This document shows positions 1 through 10,061 of a DNA stretch of 64,000 nucleotides, piece after piece. How positions within the stretch are numbered: the stretch's first letter is position 1; the number at the start of each line of letters is the position of its first letter. The notes below the pieces were generated by a model. That model saw nothing but the letters and a program-made list of their open reading frames with translations. It was not told where the DNA came from and did not search any database. Location: the NCBI GenBank assembly GCA_023700245.1, contig JAJPRE010000003.1:6463-70462 (forward strand), read 5' to 3'. Source of the stretch: Candidatus Thalassarchaeaceae archaeon. Its GTDB lineage: Archaea; Thermoplasmatota; Poseidoniia; Poseidoniales; Thalassarchaeaceae. A program made the translations under genes and the position numbers.

Positions 1-483
1 AAAGAAACCGGGGGGCATGCCGTTAAATTAGAAGGTGGAATCGAAGTAATCGAATCAATAAAGAGAATAATGACTGCTGGAATACCAGTTATGGGGCATC
101 TTGGATTAACTCCTCAGTCTATTTATAAATTTGGTACTTATACCGTAAGGGCCAAAGAAGATTTGGAAGCTACAAAACTATTAGATGATGCTATAGCATT
201 AGAAAATGCAGGTTGCTTCTCAATAGTTTTCGAAAAGATACCTGCAGAATTAGCCAAGAAGGTAACCAAGTCATTATCTATTCCAACTATTGGAATAGGG
301 GCAGGTCCGGACTGTGATGGACAAGTATTGGTATTACATGATATGCTTGGGATGACAAAAGATTTTAGTCCAAGATTTTTAAGAAGATATGCAAATTTAG
401 GCGAGATTATCGATCTAGCAGTCAAGCAATATATTGTAGATGTTAGGAGCTCCGAATTTCCAAATGAAGATGAAAAATATTAA
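1..483 (+). CDS. panB: 3-methyl-2-oxobutanoate hydroxymethyltransferase (ketopantoate hydroxymethyltransferase), C-terminal part; 5' end lies outside the window
   Basis: Frame 1 is open from base 1 ([13 protein letters not shown]...) and runs into the listed ORF 70..483. The motifs [17 protein letters not shown] and [15 protein letters not shown] are typical of PanB. Confidence 0.85.
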   Translation, partial: KETGGHAVKLEGGIEVIESIKRIMTAGIPVMGHLGLTPQSIYKFGTYTVRAKEDLEATKLLDDAIALENAGCFSIVFEKIPAELAKKVTKSLSIPTIGIGAGPDCDGQVLVLHDMLGMTKDFSPRFLRRYANLGEIIDLAVKQYIVDVRSSEFPNEDEKY

Positions 484-509
484 GATAAATTTCTAGGGGT
501 AGATTAGAT

Positions 510-1466
510 ATGAGTGAATTATGGGTTGAAAGATATCGTCCAAAAACAGTATCTGAAATAAAAGGTCAGCAAGCAGTCGTAGCGAGACTTAGTGCGTATG
601 CAAATAATAAATCATTCCCTCATTTACTTTTCGCCGGGCCACCTGGAACTGGTAAGACTACTGCTGCATTGGCCCTAACTAGAGATGTCTTTGGAAAAGA
701 ATTTAGAAGAAATATTTTAGAAATGAATGCAAGTGATGAGCGTAAATTAGAGTCAATTCGCACAAAAGTGAAACAATTTGCTAGAACTGCACCAAGTCCA
801 GGGACGTCATTTAAGGTAATTTTTCTAGATGAAGCAGATGCACTAACTCCTGATGCGCAAGGTGCATTACGCAGGATAATGGAACAAAATTCTGAAACAT
901 GTAGATTTATCTTGTCCTGTAATTATTCTTCTAAGATAATTGAACCAATTCAGTCTAGATGTGCAGTTTTTAGATTTAGGCCATTAGAAAATGAACAAAT
1001 ATTAGAGAGAATATCAATTGTAGCTAAAAATGAAAATATTATGATAGAGCATGAAGCAGCAAAGGCGATTGCACAAGTTAGCCTTGGAGATCTTAGGAAG
1101 GCAATAACTTCATTGCAAGTTGCAGCATCTTTGGATTCAAACGTAACAAGGGATTTAGTTTATGAGACCACAGCAACAGCACCTCCTGAGGCATTACATC
1201 GTTATTTTCTAGCCTGTAAAGAAGATGGTTTTCAACCAGCAAGAAGGCGGTTGAAAGAAATTTTAAACAATTTTGGATTAGCAGGTACAGATTTTGTGAA
1301 CCAATTACACAGAGAATTAAGTATGGTAAAATTTCTTGACGAATTACAAAAATTAAGTATTACTGAAATTATGGCGGAGACAGACTTTAGGATGGTTGAA
1401 GGGGGAGGTGAATCTCTTCAACTTGATGCCATGACTGCAAAAATATGTGCAATATTAAATATCTAA
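510..1466 (+). CDS. rfcS: Replication factor C small subunit
   Basis: N-terminus is LWVERYRPKTVSEIKGQ. Walker A is GPPGTGKTT, the DEAD-like box is FLDEADALT and SRC is present (QSRCAVFRF). The 318 aa length is canonical, so there is no intein. Confidence 0.95.
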   Translation: MSELWVERYRPKTVSEIKGQQAVVARLSAYANNKSFPHLLFAGPPGTGKTTAALALTRDVFGKEFRRNILEMNASDERKLESIRTKVKQFARTAPSPGTSFKVIFLDEADALTPDAQGALRRIMEQNSETCRFILSCNYSSKIIEPIQSRCAVFRFRPLENEQILERISIVAKNENIMIEHEAAKAIAQVSLGDLRKAITSLQVAASLDSNVTRDLVYETTATAPPEALHRYFLACKEDGFQPARRRLKEILNNFGLAGTDFVNQLHRELSMVKFLDELQKLSITEIMAETDFRMVEGGGESLQLDAMTAKICAILNI

Positions 1467-1470
1467 ATAT

Positions 1471-2415
1471 TCAACTTTCAGTCCTAATTATTTTCAATTT
1501 ATATGTCTTTTCCCATGTATTCTCATCAAATGGTTTTACATCTTTACCTATTTCCATTAGATATATTTTTATTTCATATTCCCCAAGATTAATATTATTA
1601 ATATCTAATTCTTCAGCTAAATTCCAAGCTAATCCTATGTCATTACTATTGGGTGCAACATCTGGTTTTCCAGTAAATTCTTTCTCAATATTTTTATCTT
1701 CTCCCCTTAACCATTTGTCAACATTATCAAATCTTTCAATTGCTTGTTGCTGATTAATTACGGGCCCATTAGCAAGAATTATCGGTTCTGATAATGTGCT
1801 ATGATTAATTTCTATTCGTATTATGGCATTTTCAGCATCGACATTATCTCTTACTGACATTCCTAAGATAATTTCTGCGGTATTTTCTTTAAGATTTAAT
1901 TCAAATATTTCTCCATCCCACGAGTGCCCTATGATTGCAGTATCATTATTGTCCTGAATATCTATTCCTGATGCAATAGTAGGGGGGGCAATATCTGCTA
2001 AAGGAGGATTAAGCAATATAAATGAAAGTGCTAACCATGAAAAAAGAAATAGAAATCCTCCTCTGAACCAATTGCCCCTTGTGTAAAGCTCACTGTAATT
2101 TTTAGGAATTATAATTTTATGTAAAGAAGGTATAGTTGCAGTTAGCATAACTGGTAAAAGCCATAATATTCCTTCCATTGTGCCTTGAGTGGGCATAAAT
2201 ATAAAGCGCATAAAAAGTGCAATTAGGAATCCATATATTATTACTAGCCACATGGAATAAGCGTCAGCTACTTCTTTTTTTGCATGTACTTTTGGGTCAA
2301 AAGGTTCTAAACCCTTTTTAACTACATCTTTACTATCATCGCTGGTATTTCTATTTTTTTTCCCTGAGTAAGCGCTGGCCCTAAGGGCTGAGTCAATATC
2401 TACCATGCGTCTCAA
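1471..2415 (-). CDS. Hypothetical membrane protein with a C-terminal extracytoplasmic domain
   Basis: 314-aa ORF with a charged N-terminus and several hydrophobic helices (WLVIIYGFLIALFMRFIF, ILWLLPVMLTATIPSL, GGFLFLFSWLALSFILL), followed by a soluble domain. I recognised no family. Confidence 0.55.
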   Translation of the reverse strand: MRRMVDIDSALRASAYSGKKNRNTSDDSKDVVKKGLEPFDPKVHAKKEVADAYSMWLVIIYGFLIALFMRFIFMPTQGTMEGILWLLPVMLTATIPSLHKIIIPKNYSELYTRGNWFRGGFLFLFSWLALSFILLNPPLADIAPPTIASGIDIQDNNDTAIIGHSWDGEIFELNLKENTAEIILGMSVRDNVDAENAIIRIEINHSTLSEPIILANGPVINQQQAIERFDNVDKWLRGEDKNIEKEFTGKPDVAPNSNDIGLAWNLAEELDINNINLGEYEIKIYLMEIGKDVKPFDENTWEKTYKLKIIRTES

Positions 2416-2522
2416 ACTAATGCGAGGGTAACTCCCACATCAACCCTATGACGGATATTGTAATCTATTAATTTGATTTTGTGGCGAATGCTCAAATGGT
2501 GTTTTTGATTCGGAGGTATATC

Positions 2523-2675
2523 GCCGGGGTGGCGTAGTTGGTAGCGCGTCGGACTCATAGGGTATTTTTTGTTGGAGATTCTATCTTCTACGAAACTAAC
2601 GATGAGCGTAACACAGCCCCTGAGAATGTCTGAGACATCCGAAGGTCGCGGGTTCAAGTCCCGCTCCCGGCACCA
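2523..2675 (+). tRNA. tRNA-Met (anticodon CAT; elongator type, or possibly Ile2-CAU) with a 77-nt intron at 2560..2636 and encoded CCA
   Basis: I folded the cloverleaf by hand. The acceptor is GCCGGGG/TCCCGGC, the D arm GCGT/GCGC, the anticodon stem TCGGA/TCCGA with loop CTCATA|A, and the T arm GCGGG-TTCAAGT-CCCGC, ending in ACCA. The intron sits at the canonical 37/38 position. The bulge-helix-bulge motif is clean: central helix CUCA/UGAG, two 3-nt bulges (UA|G and AC|A) and outer helix GGUAUU/AAUGUC. G1-C72 argues against an initiator tRNA. Confidence 0.9.
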
Positions 2676-2748
2676 TAATTTTATGCTATATATAAAATTG
2701 AAATATATGTGTTATTAATAATTTTCTTGGGTTTTGTTCATGGAGTAG

Positions 2749-4113
2749 ATGCCTTACCCAGTATCAATGGATGAGTTACCCGAACCAGGTACTTCGATAA
2801 AAATTTTTGTCAAAACATGGTCAGGTGAAGATACTCATACGGGAATATTGTTGCCATCATCAGATTTAGATTTATTAACTATTAAACTATTAAATGGATA
2901 TAATATATCATTTCCAATGACATATATTTCTAATTTTGAAATAATTTCCGAACCTTTAAAAAATAGTCCAATTAATAATTTAAAATATGATGCTGACAAA
3001 TCTCTCCCCCTAGTATACTTAATCCATACTGGAGGAACTATTGCAAGTAAGGTGGATTATAAGACAGGTGCAGTATCTGCAAGTTTTGAACCAATTGAAC
3101 TAATTAATGCAATGCCTGAATTAGAAACTATAGCCAGGATTAAAGTATTAAAATTAGGTAATATGTGGTCAGATGATATCCGTCCAAGGCACTGGAATAT
3201 GATGCTAAAGGCAACTGAAAAAGCATTTTCAGAAGGAGCATCCGGAGTTGTAATAACTCATGGTACCGATACTCTCCATCTATCTGCTGCAGCAATGGCA
3301 TATGGTTGGGGGGGAGAAGGATGTAAACCCCCTGGGAGAATTGTGTTAACTGGCTCTCAAAGATCTCCTGATAGAGGATCTTCAGATGCATCGGAGAATA
3401 TTATTGCTTCAGTGATGTGGGCTGCAAACGGTCCAAAACCATCAGGATATCGTGACTCTTCAGTAATAATCCTTCATGCAAGCTCTTCTGATGGTAATTG
3501 TGTAGTCTTACCTGGTTGTGCAAGTAGAAAATATCACTCTTCTAGGCGTGACTCATTTAAATCCATTAATCAAAAACCTATTGCAAATATTATAATTCAG
3601 AAGAAAGAAATAACAATTATCGTGGGGGATTATGAGCCTCTTGAATCTAGATTTGAAACCCAGAATCCAAAAATATTTAATGAAAATATCAGAATTGCAG
3701 AATTTATTGCGGGCCCCCATATACAATCAGAATTAATTGAAGCAGCTATTAAACTAAATTTTGATGCTTTATTGTTACATGGGACTGGATTGGGGCATTT
3801 GCCAATATCAAATCCTGAAAATGATAGTATTGAAAATACTCGTCTTAAGTCCGTAATTGAAGATTATTGCCTTGATGATGGCATAGTAGTAATAGTGGCT
3901 CAAACTATTAATGGACCAATTAATATGAATATTTATTCCAAAGGAAGAAAACAACAAGAAATGGGAATTTTGGGGCATGATTCTCTATGTCCTCCTGGTT
4001 CGGCTCTAGTAAAGTTACATTATCTACTTTCAATTAATGGTGAAAAGGAATATATTGCCAAAAAATGGTCATCAGATTTAGTGGGAGAAAATCCTAAATT
4101 TGTCAGGGAATAG
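2749..4113 (+). CDS. gatD: Glutamyl-tRNA(Gln) amidotransferase subunit D
   Basis: An N-terminal GatD-specific domain is followed by an asparaginase-type domain with LIHTGGTIASKVDYKTGAV and ITHGTDTL. The 454 aa length fits archaeal GatD. Confidence 0.85.
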   Translation: MPYPVSMDELPEPGTSIKIFVKTWSGEDTHTGILLPSSDLDLLTIKLLNGYNISFPMTYISNFEIISEPLKNSPINNLKYDADKSLPLVYLIHTGGTIASKVDYKTGAVSASFEPIELINAMPELETIARIKVLKLGNMWSDDIRPRHWNMMLKATEKAFSEGASGVVITHGTDTLHLSAAAMAYGWGGEGCKPPGRIVLTGSQRSPDRGSSDASENIIASVMWAANGPKPSGYRDSSVIILHASSSDGNCVVLPGCASRKYHSSRRDSFKSINQKPIANIIIQKKEITIIVGDYEPLESRFETQNPKIFNENIRIAEFIAGPHIQSELIEAAIKLNFDALLLHGTGLGHLPISNPENDSIENTRLKSVIEDYCLDDGIVVIVAQTINGPINMNIYSKGRKQQEMGILGHDSLCPPGSALVKLHYLLSINGEKEYIAKKWSSDLVGENPKFVRE

Positions 4114-4160
4114 TTATTTCCATCCGCTTTAATGATGAACCCGTTACACGACCGAGGTCT

Positions 4161-5705
4161 ATGGCGGGAGTATCTCCAAGTGAAAATTTAGATGCAATCC
4201 ATTATGAGGCTCAAAATTCTGGAGATAAGGAAGTTTTGGCAAAATTAAGGTCCGAGGGAAAATTAAATGCTAGGGAAAGAATCATTTCTTTACTTGATTC
4301 AGATTCTTTTGTAGAAATAGATGCATTTGTAAATCACCGTTCATATGATTACAATTTACATTTACATAAATCGCTTGGCGATGGCATTGTTGCAGGGCAC
4401 GGTATGCTAAATGACAGGAGGGTCGTTTGTTTTTCTCAAGATAAATCTATATTTTCCGGGTCAATTGGAGAAATGCATGCAAAAAAAATTGTCAAAGTTT
4501 TAGAATTTGCTGAGAAATCCCTTCTACCAGTTATTGCAATTTGGGATGGCATAGGCCAAAGGCCTGAAGAGGGCATTAAATCATTAGGGCCATCTGGAGA
4601 AATTCTAAATATATTATCTGCTTGTTCCGGAAGAGTTCCATTGATATCGATAGTTTTAGGTAATCTTTCTGGAGTTGGTGCTTTAGCAGTAGGGTTATCT
4701 GACTTCACCATAATGGACGTATCTTCAGGAAAAATATCACTCTCAAATCCTGATTATCATAAACATACATCCGAAGAAGAAATTAATTTTATGGAAGATA
4801 TGGAGGTATATGATGCTAGAAGCGGCATTGCATGTTTATTGGCCGAAGATGAAAACACCGCATTAGATATGGCATCAAAGATAATTTCTTATATTCCTGA
4901 TAATATGTCTTCTAATCCTATTATAGAAAAAAATGACGATCCATGGAATCGTAAATGCCATTCATTGGATAAGATAATCAACAATGATCAGAAATCGCCA
5001 TATGATGTCAAATCAGTTATATCTCAAGTTACAGATAAAGATAGTTTTTTAGAATTTTTTCCCAATTATGCGTGTAATTTAGTGATAGGATTTGCACGTT
5101 TAGACGGTTATTCAATTGGCATCGTTGCCAATCAACCTAATGCTTTATCAGGATTCCTCGACGCAAAATCATCCATTAAGGCCGCCAGATTTATTAGTTT
5201 CTGCGATTGCTTCAACATCCCCATTATTTCATTTGTGGATTCGCCAGGCTTTATTCCAGGGGCAATTCAAGAATGGGAAGGGATAATTAGGGACAGTTCA
5301 AAATTGCTTTTCGCTTATTCTGAAGCTACGGTTCCTAAATTATCTGTAATCATGAAAAAAGCATATGGTGAAGCATATTTAGCCATGGGCTGTAAACAAC
5401 TTGGTTCAGATTATAATGTTTCATGGCCATCGGGAGACATTGCTCTAATGGATTCTAGATGGATTTCCAATACTAAATATGATAATGAAATATCTGGTTC
5501 TGGGGGCTATGAAGAAAAATATGGGCAAATACTGAATGATGAAATGATGAAATTTGATAATCCTTTCTCTGCTGCAAAAAAAGGTTGGCTTGAAGACATC
5601 ATTGATCCTAGCATGACTCGTGAATATTTAGTAAGGGCATTAAGGCCGTTGTTATCAAAGAGAGAATTTACATTACCAAAAAAACATAGCAATATCCCTC
5701 TTTAG
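4161..5705 (+). CDS. pccB: Acyl-CoA (propionyl/methylmalonyl-CoA) carboxylase, carboxyltransferase beta subunit
   Basis: 514 aa. The segment GKLNARERIISLLDSDSFVEID and two crotonase-like carboxyltransferase halves (VANQPNALSGFLD, FVDSPGFIPG) are typical of PccB/MmdA. Confidence 0.85.
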   Translation: MAGVSPSENLDAIHYEAQNSGDKEVLAKLRSEGKLNARERIISLLDSDSFVEIDAFVNHRSYDYNLHLHKSLGDGIVAGHGMLNDRRVVCFSQDKSIFSGSIGEMHAKKIVKVLEFAEKSLLPVIAIWDGIGQRPEEGIKSLGPSGEILNILSACSGRVPLISIVLGNLSGVGALAVGLSDFTIMDVSSGKISLSNPDYHKHTSEEEINFMEDMEVYDARSGIACLLAEDENTALDMASKIISYIPDNMSSNPIIEKNDDPWNRKCHSLDKIINNDQKSPYDVKSVISQVTDKDSFLEFFPNYACNLVIGFARLDGYSIGIVANQPNALSGFLDAKSSIKAARFISFCDCFNIPIISFVDSPGFIPGAIQEWEGIIRDSSKLLFAYSEATVPKLSVIMKKAYGEAYLAMGCKQLGSDYNVSWPSGDIALMDSRWISNTKYDNEISGSGGYEEKYGQILNDEMMKFDNPFSAAKKGWLEDIIDPSMTREYLVRALRPLLSKREFTLPKKHSNIPL

Positions 5706-6430
5706 GAATTAAATAACTCATTTAATACAATTTTAATACTTGGTAAATTTATTTTTTCATTTTTATAAAATATTTCCCAAGCCTTCAGTTGCTGAGCAAC
5801 TAACATAACAATTGCAAAATCATTTTCAGTTGAGAATTTATTATAACTTACGGATAATCTATTTTTTATAGAATCTCTATTAATTGGGGATCCAGGATTT
5901 TCATCCAGATCTAGAAAAAAATCTGCTTCAGTGTCTTTAATTATCGATTTATCCCAAGGCCCATTAATTAATTTACGCCTTCCTTCAATTATTATCAACT
6001 CGCCACCTTCTTTACTCCATGAATTTGCAATGGACCTAGCAGTAGAACCTCCTCCCTTTAATTTCAATTTAGATCCACTTATACTGATTCCAAAGTATCT
6101 TAATGCATTAACAAATCCATCTCCATCAGTATCAATTGCAAATAATTTATCTGAAATTCTCATTATCTGATTAATTGAATTTACTTTAGTATCGGGGCTA
6201 TTATCCATCATGATGCCAATAGCGTGCTTCAAAGGAGTTGTAATTGATATCCAAATATCTCCTTCTAATCTATTAATTTTATTTTCAAATTCTTCTATAT
6301 TTTTGACATCAATAAATACCATTTTTGGATTGACAATTCCAAGGTGCTTACCTATTATTTTGAAAATCTTGGGAGTCAGGGAATGTTTTATTGGATGACC
6401 TGCAATTCCCCAGTACTCTGGCATAATCAT
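5702..6430 (-). CDS. aroE: Shikimate dehydrogenase-like protein (short form)
   Basis: WGIAGHPIKHSLTPKIF matches G.PI.HS.SP; ISITTPLKH matches NVT.PFK; INQIMR...AIDTDGDGF matches NT...G.NTDG.GF; and GGGSTARSIA is the nucleotide-binding loop. At 242 aa it is shorter than typical AroE. Confidence 0.65.
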   Translation of the reverse strand: MIMPEYWGIAGHPIKHSLTPKIFKIIGKHLGIVNPKMVFIDVKNIEEFENKINRLEGDIWISITTPLKHAIGIMMDNSPDTKVNSINQIMRISDKLFAIDTDGDGFVNALRYFGISISGSKLKLKGGGSTARSIANSWSKEGGELIIIEGRRKLINGPWDKSIIKDTEADFFLDLDENPGSPINRDSIKNRLSVSYNKFSTENDFAIVMLVAQQLKAWEIFYKNEKINLPSIKIVLNELFNS

Positions 6431-6486
6431 ATGCGTGCCAATCGATTATTAGCAATGAAGGTTTCAAACAAGGTTAGTTCTACGGA

Positions 6487-8208
6487 ATGGATATGGACAG
6501 CGACTTAGACATTGCAAGAGCGGCGAAACCTGTAGCGATAGAAAAAATTGCAAAGCAATTAAATTTGGACCGCAGTGACTTGATTTTACAGGGCCCCTAC
6601 ATAGCAAAAATATCTTGGAAAACATTACAAAAAAATATTATTAACAAACAAGGTTCATTAGTTCTTGTTACGAGTGTTAACCCAACGCCTTTTGGTGAAG
6701 GTAAAACTGTAACAACAATTGGACTTAATCAAGGATTAAATAAACAAGGACATAATGCGTGCTGCGTAATTAGAGAACCTTCATTAGGGCCTGTTTTTGG
6801 AATCAAAGGTGGCGCCGCAGGAGGAGGATTTTCCCAAGTATTGCCAATGGAACAAATCAATCTGCATTTTACTGGTGATTTGCATGCTATAACTTCTGCA
6901 CATAATTTATGTTCTGCAATTTTAGATAATTACTTACACAGAGGAAATCAAATTAAAATTGATACAAATAGAATATTTTGGCCGAGAGTTATAGATATGA
7001 ATGATAGAAGTTTACGAGAAGTAACAATAGGCCTAGGAGGGGCTTCAAACGGACTAGATAGAACAGATCGTTTTGATATCACAGCCGCAAGCGAAGTAAT
7101 GGCAATATTGTCGTTATCATCTGACTATCAAGACCTAAGATTGAGATTAGGGCGAATCATTGTTGCTGAAACAAAAGATGGAGGGCCTGTAACTGCAAAT
7201 GATATAGGCGCTGCAGGCGCTATGGGGCTCTTACTTAGGGATGCGTTTCTGCCAAATTTAGTTCAAACAATAGAAGGAAATCCTGCGTTTGTTCACTGTG
7301 GCCCATTTGCAAATATCGCACATGGAAACTCTTCAATAATTGCTGATAAAATTGCATTATCATGTTCAGATTATGTCGTTACCGAAGCAGGATTTGGGGC
7401 TGAGATGGGGGCTGAAAAGGCACTTAATATCAAATCATTAGCATCAGGAATTATCCCTAGTTGTATTGTCTTAAATGTTACTATTAGGAGTATGAAACTA
7501 CATGGGGGAGGATTTTCTACAGGAGGGGGCGCCCGACCCAACAAATCCGAAATAAGTTTGGAAAATATAGATGCAGTCAGAAAAGGCTCTGCTACTAATT
7601 TAAGGAGGCATATTAGAAATCTGACATCTACAAAAATACCCATTGTTGTCTCCATAAATAAATTCTCAACTGATACAATCGGTGAAATAGATGCATTAAC
7701 TAATGAAGCAAAAAAGGCAGGGGCCAATGCAGTAGTACTTTTTGAAGGCCACTCCAAAGGAGGTATTGGAGCAATAGATCTTGCAGATGCAGTAGTCGCA
7801 GCCTGCAATGACTATAATCAAGCTAATAGTCCATATGTTCCTATTGTTGATCCAACTTTAGATGTAAGGGAAAAAATATTGAAAATTGCAACAAATGTAT
7901 ATGGTGCGCACACAGTTGATTTTAGTCCCGAAGCCATTCGTACACTAAATACGATAGAAAAATGGAATAAAAATAAGCTACCCGTCTGTATGGCTAAAAA
8001 TCAATATTCATTTAGTCATGATAAGAAAATATTGGGTGCACCAGATGGATTTATAATGCCAATTAGAGAACTTAGGATAAATGCTGGAGCAGGTTTTATT
8101 GTAGCAGTATGTGGTTCTATGATGACTATGCCAGGACTGCCTTCAAGGCCCGCTGCGCTTGATATGGATATGGATGAAGATGGTAATTTAACAGGCGTAT
8201 TTGGATAA
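6487..8208 (+). CDS. fhs: Formate--tetrahydrofolate ligase
   Basis: 573 aa. The P-loop region TPFGEGKTVTTIGL, plus HGGAFANIAHG-like FVHCGPFANIAHGNSS and YSFSHD, are typical of FTHFS. Confidence 0.92.
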   Translation: MDMDSDLDIARAAKPVAIEKIAKQLNLDRSDLILQGPYIAKISWKTLQKNIINKQGSLVLVTSVNPTPFGEGKTVTTIGLNQGLNKQGHNACCVIREPSLGPVFGIKGGAAGGGFSQVLPMEQINLHFTGDLHAITSAHNLCSAILDNYLHRGNQIKIDTNRIFWPRVIDMNDRSLREVTIGLGGASNGLDRTDRFDITAASEVMAILSLSSDYQDLRLRLGRIIVAETKDGGPVTANDIGAAGAMGLLLRDAFLPNLVQTIEGNPAFVHCGPFANIAHGNSSIIADKIALSCSDYVVTEAGFGAEMGAEKALNIKSLASGIIPSCIVLNVTIRSMKLHGGGFSTGGGARPNKSEISLENIDAVRKGSATNLRRHIRNLTSTKIPIVVSINKFSTDTIGEIDALTNEAKKAGANAVVLFEGHSKGGIGAIDLADAVVAACNDYNQANSPYVPIVDPTLDVREKILKIATNVYGAHTVDFSPEAIRTLNTIEKWNKNKLPVCMAKNQYSFSHDKKILGAPDGFIMPIRELRINAGAGFIVAVCGSMMTMPGLPSRPAALDMDMDEDGNLTGVFG

Positions 8209-8218
8209 GTGAGTTAAA

Positions 8219-9277
8219 GTGCGTAAAATTAAAACCCTTGATGAAGGCTTTAGAGTCAGGGTGGATGATGAAAGTGATCTTTGGACCTTATATCAAATTT
8301 GTAGCCATGGCTCATATTTGGGTATGCTTTCAAATCGTAGAGATTCTACGACTGGAACTCAAGAAGACGGAAGGGCAAAGAGTGCCGAGAGAAAACCAAT
8401 GTGGATTGTTTTGAAAATTCTATCTGGGGCATTTCAATCATTTTCGGAGAATTTGAGAATCCATGGAGTTATATCTGAAGCAACAATAGATATTGGAAGC
8501 CACCATACTCACATTATTATTGTTGGAAGTGAGTTGGAAATAACCAGAGAAGGCGGAATGCCAAATTATGATAGAGATTTACTAAAAGAATCTTTTTCAA
8601 ATTCAAAAAAAATAAATTCTGGATTAATAGTTGTAGAAAATGATGATATTTTAGTATTCGAAGTTACACAACATGGCATGAGAAATATTTCATCATTTTC
8701 AATGAGAGGAGGAGGGAAAAGATATTCTGATACAACTGAAATTAGAAATAATTTTTTTGTAAAGGTTGCTAAAGAATGTATGTTAATTTTCAACAATCAA
8801 ATACCCTTGATTATTTGCGGCCCAGGACTTGCAAGAGAATCATTCGAGAAAAGCCTTAGAAATTTAGGTGCAAAAAATGAATGCCTCAATGCTCCAACAT
8901 CAATTGGAGGGAGATCAGCAGCAAATGAAGTTCTTGCAGAAGGACTAGCAGATAATTTAATAGGGAAAAATGCCCTAATAGAACAAATTAGGACAATAGA
9001 AGAAGGACTGAAAAGAATCTCCATGGGAGGTAATGTGTGCTTTGGAATTGATGAAATATATGAGGCCTCAAATCTTGGAGCAGTAGAAAAATTGGTGATT
9101 AAAGCATCACTTTTACGCGAGGGAGATATTGAAGATAATGGGACATGGGCGTCTATTGTTGATATCATATCGGAGTCAAAAGGCATAGTTATTCAATCCT
9201 CAGAAGATCACGACGCAGGTCAACAATTAACAAGTTTCGGAGGAGCAATAGCCCTTCTTCGTTGGAAATTAACTTGA
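8219..9277 (+). CDS. pelA: Pelota (Dom34) ribosome-rescue factor
   Basis: GTG start. The N-terminal Sm-like domain (RVRVDDESDLWTLYQI) and eRF1-like central and C-terminal domains (PGLARESF, YEASNLGAVEKLVI) fit pelota, as does the 352 aa length. Confidence 0.85.
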   Translation: MRKIKTLDEGFRVRVDDESDLWTLYQICSHGSYLGMLSNRRDSTTGTQEDGRAKSAERKPMWIVLKILSGAFQSFSENLRIHGVISEATIDIGSHHTHIIIVGSELEITREGGMPNYDRDLLKESFSNSKKINSGLIVVENDDILVFEVTQHGMRNISSFSMRGGGKRYSDTTEIRNNFFVKVAKECMLIFNNQIPLIICGPGLARESFEKSLRNLGAKNECLNAPTSIGGRSAANEVLAEGLADNLIGKNALIEQIRTIEEGLKRISMGGNVCFGIDEIYEASNLGAVEKLVIKASLLREGDIEDNGTWASIVDIISESKGIVIQSSEDHDAGQQLTSFGGAIALLRWKLT

Positions 9278-9313
9278 GATAAGTCCTTTATCTCTACAAT
9301 ACTCGTGTGATAA

Positions 9314-9967
9314 GTGAACAACACAGTATCAATTGCTAACTTTAGGCATCCGGAAGGGACAGATTCAGGCGCATTAGTATCAAATTATGCAGATTTAATG
9401 GGATCTAAAATAATCAAAATAACTTCAAAATCTCATGAATATTTTCATAATTTTAATTATGGAGATATAGATTGGAGAAAAAATCTTCAAAATATACATT
9501 GGTTAATCATTTCTTCTACTACTGTCCTTGAAGGATTATCTCCGAGAAATGCATGGGCGGCTTCAATGACTTTTGGAGAATTAGAAGGATCAAAAACCGT
9601 TATGATAGTTGACGTCCCAAAAGATATTACTCTTCTTTCAGAAATGTGGGGTGCCGTTATAGAAAAAATTAGACAAATAAACATCTTATTCATGACTACT
9701 GATGCGATAAAATATATTGCACAATTAGAAAATATTGAAATGAACAATCTATTAAGTAATATAAGAATTAAAGGCGTCGTTCCAATAGTATGTACTTATG
9801 ATGAAAAATCAAAAGAAGCAATAATTGTACATTCCAGGGGCTCATTAAATGTTACACTTGAAAGTAATATTCCATATCAAAAATGGGTTGCGAACTTTCT
9901 AAATATGTTGCCACTGCAAAGTCTTGACAATGAAGGAATATATATTGCGGCTAAATATTCTGATTAA
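9314..9967 (+). CDS. Hypothetical protein, with a weak resemblance to the ribokinase-like fold
   Basis: 217-aa ORF with a GTG start and normal coding character. No catalytic motif was recognised; ILFMTTDAIKYIAQ faintly resembles the PfkB-family region. Confidence 0.5.
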   Translation: MNNTVSIANFRHPEGTDSGALVSNYADLMGSKIIKITSKSHEYFHNFNYGDIDWRKNLQNIHWLIISSTTVLEGLSPRNAWAASMTFGELEGSKTVMIVDVPKDITLLSEMWGAVIEKIRQINILFMTTDAIKYIAQLENIEMNNLLSNIRIKGVVPIVCTYDEKSKEAIIVHSRGSLNVTLESNIPYQKWVANFLNMLPLQSLDNEGIYIAAKYSD

Positions 9968-10061
9968 TATTGAAATAACAAATTAATTGATATTATTTGA
10001 AGTTTTTAGAAAACTCCTTTTGAAGGGATGGCATTTCCCAAGAGCCCTAGGTGCACCAAGT

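Noticed and set aside
2412-2657. An 81-aa minus-strand ORF.
   Set aside because: It overlaps almost the entire intron-containing tRNA-Met gene (2523..2675). The tRNA fold and BHB motif explain the sequence.
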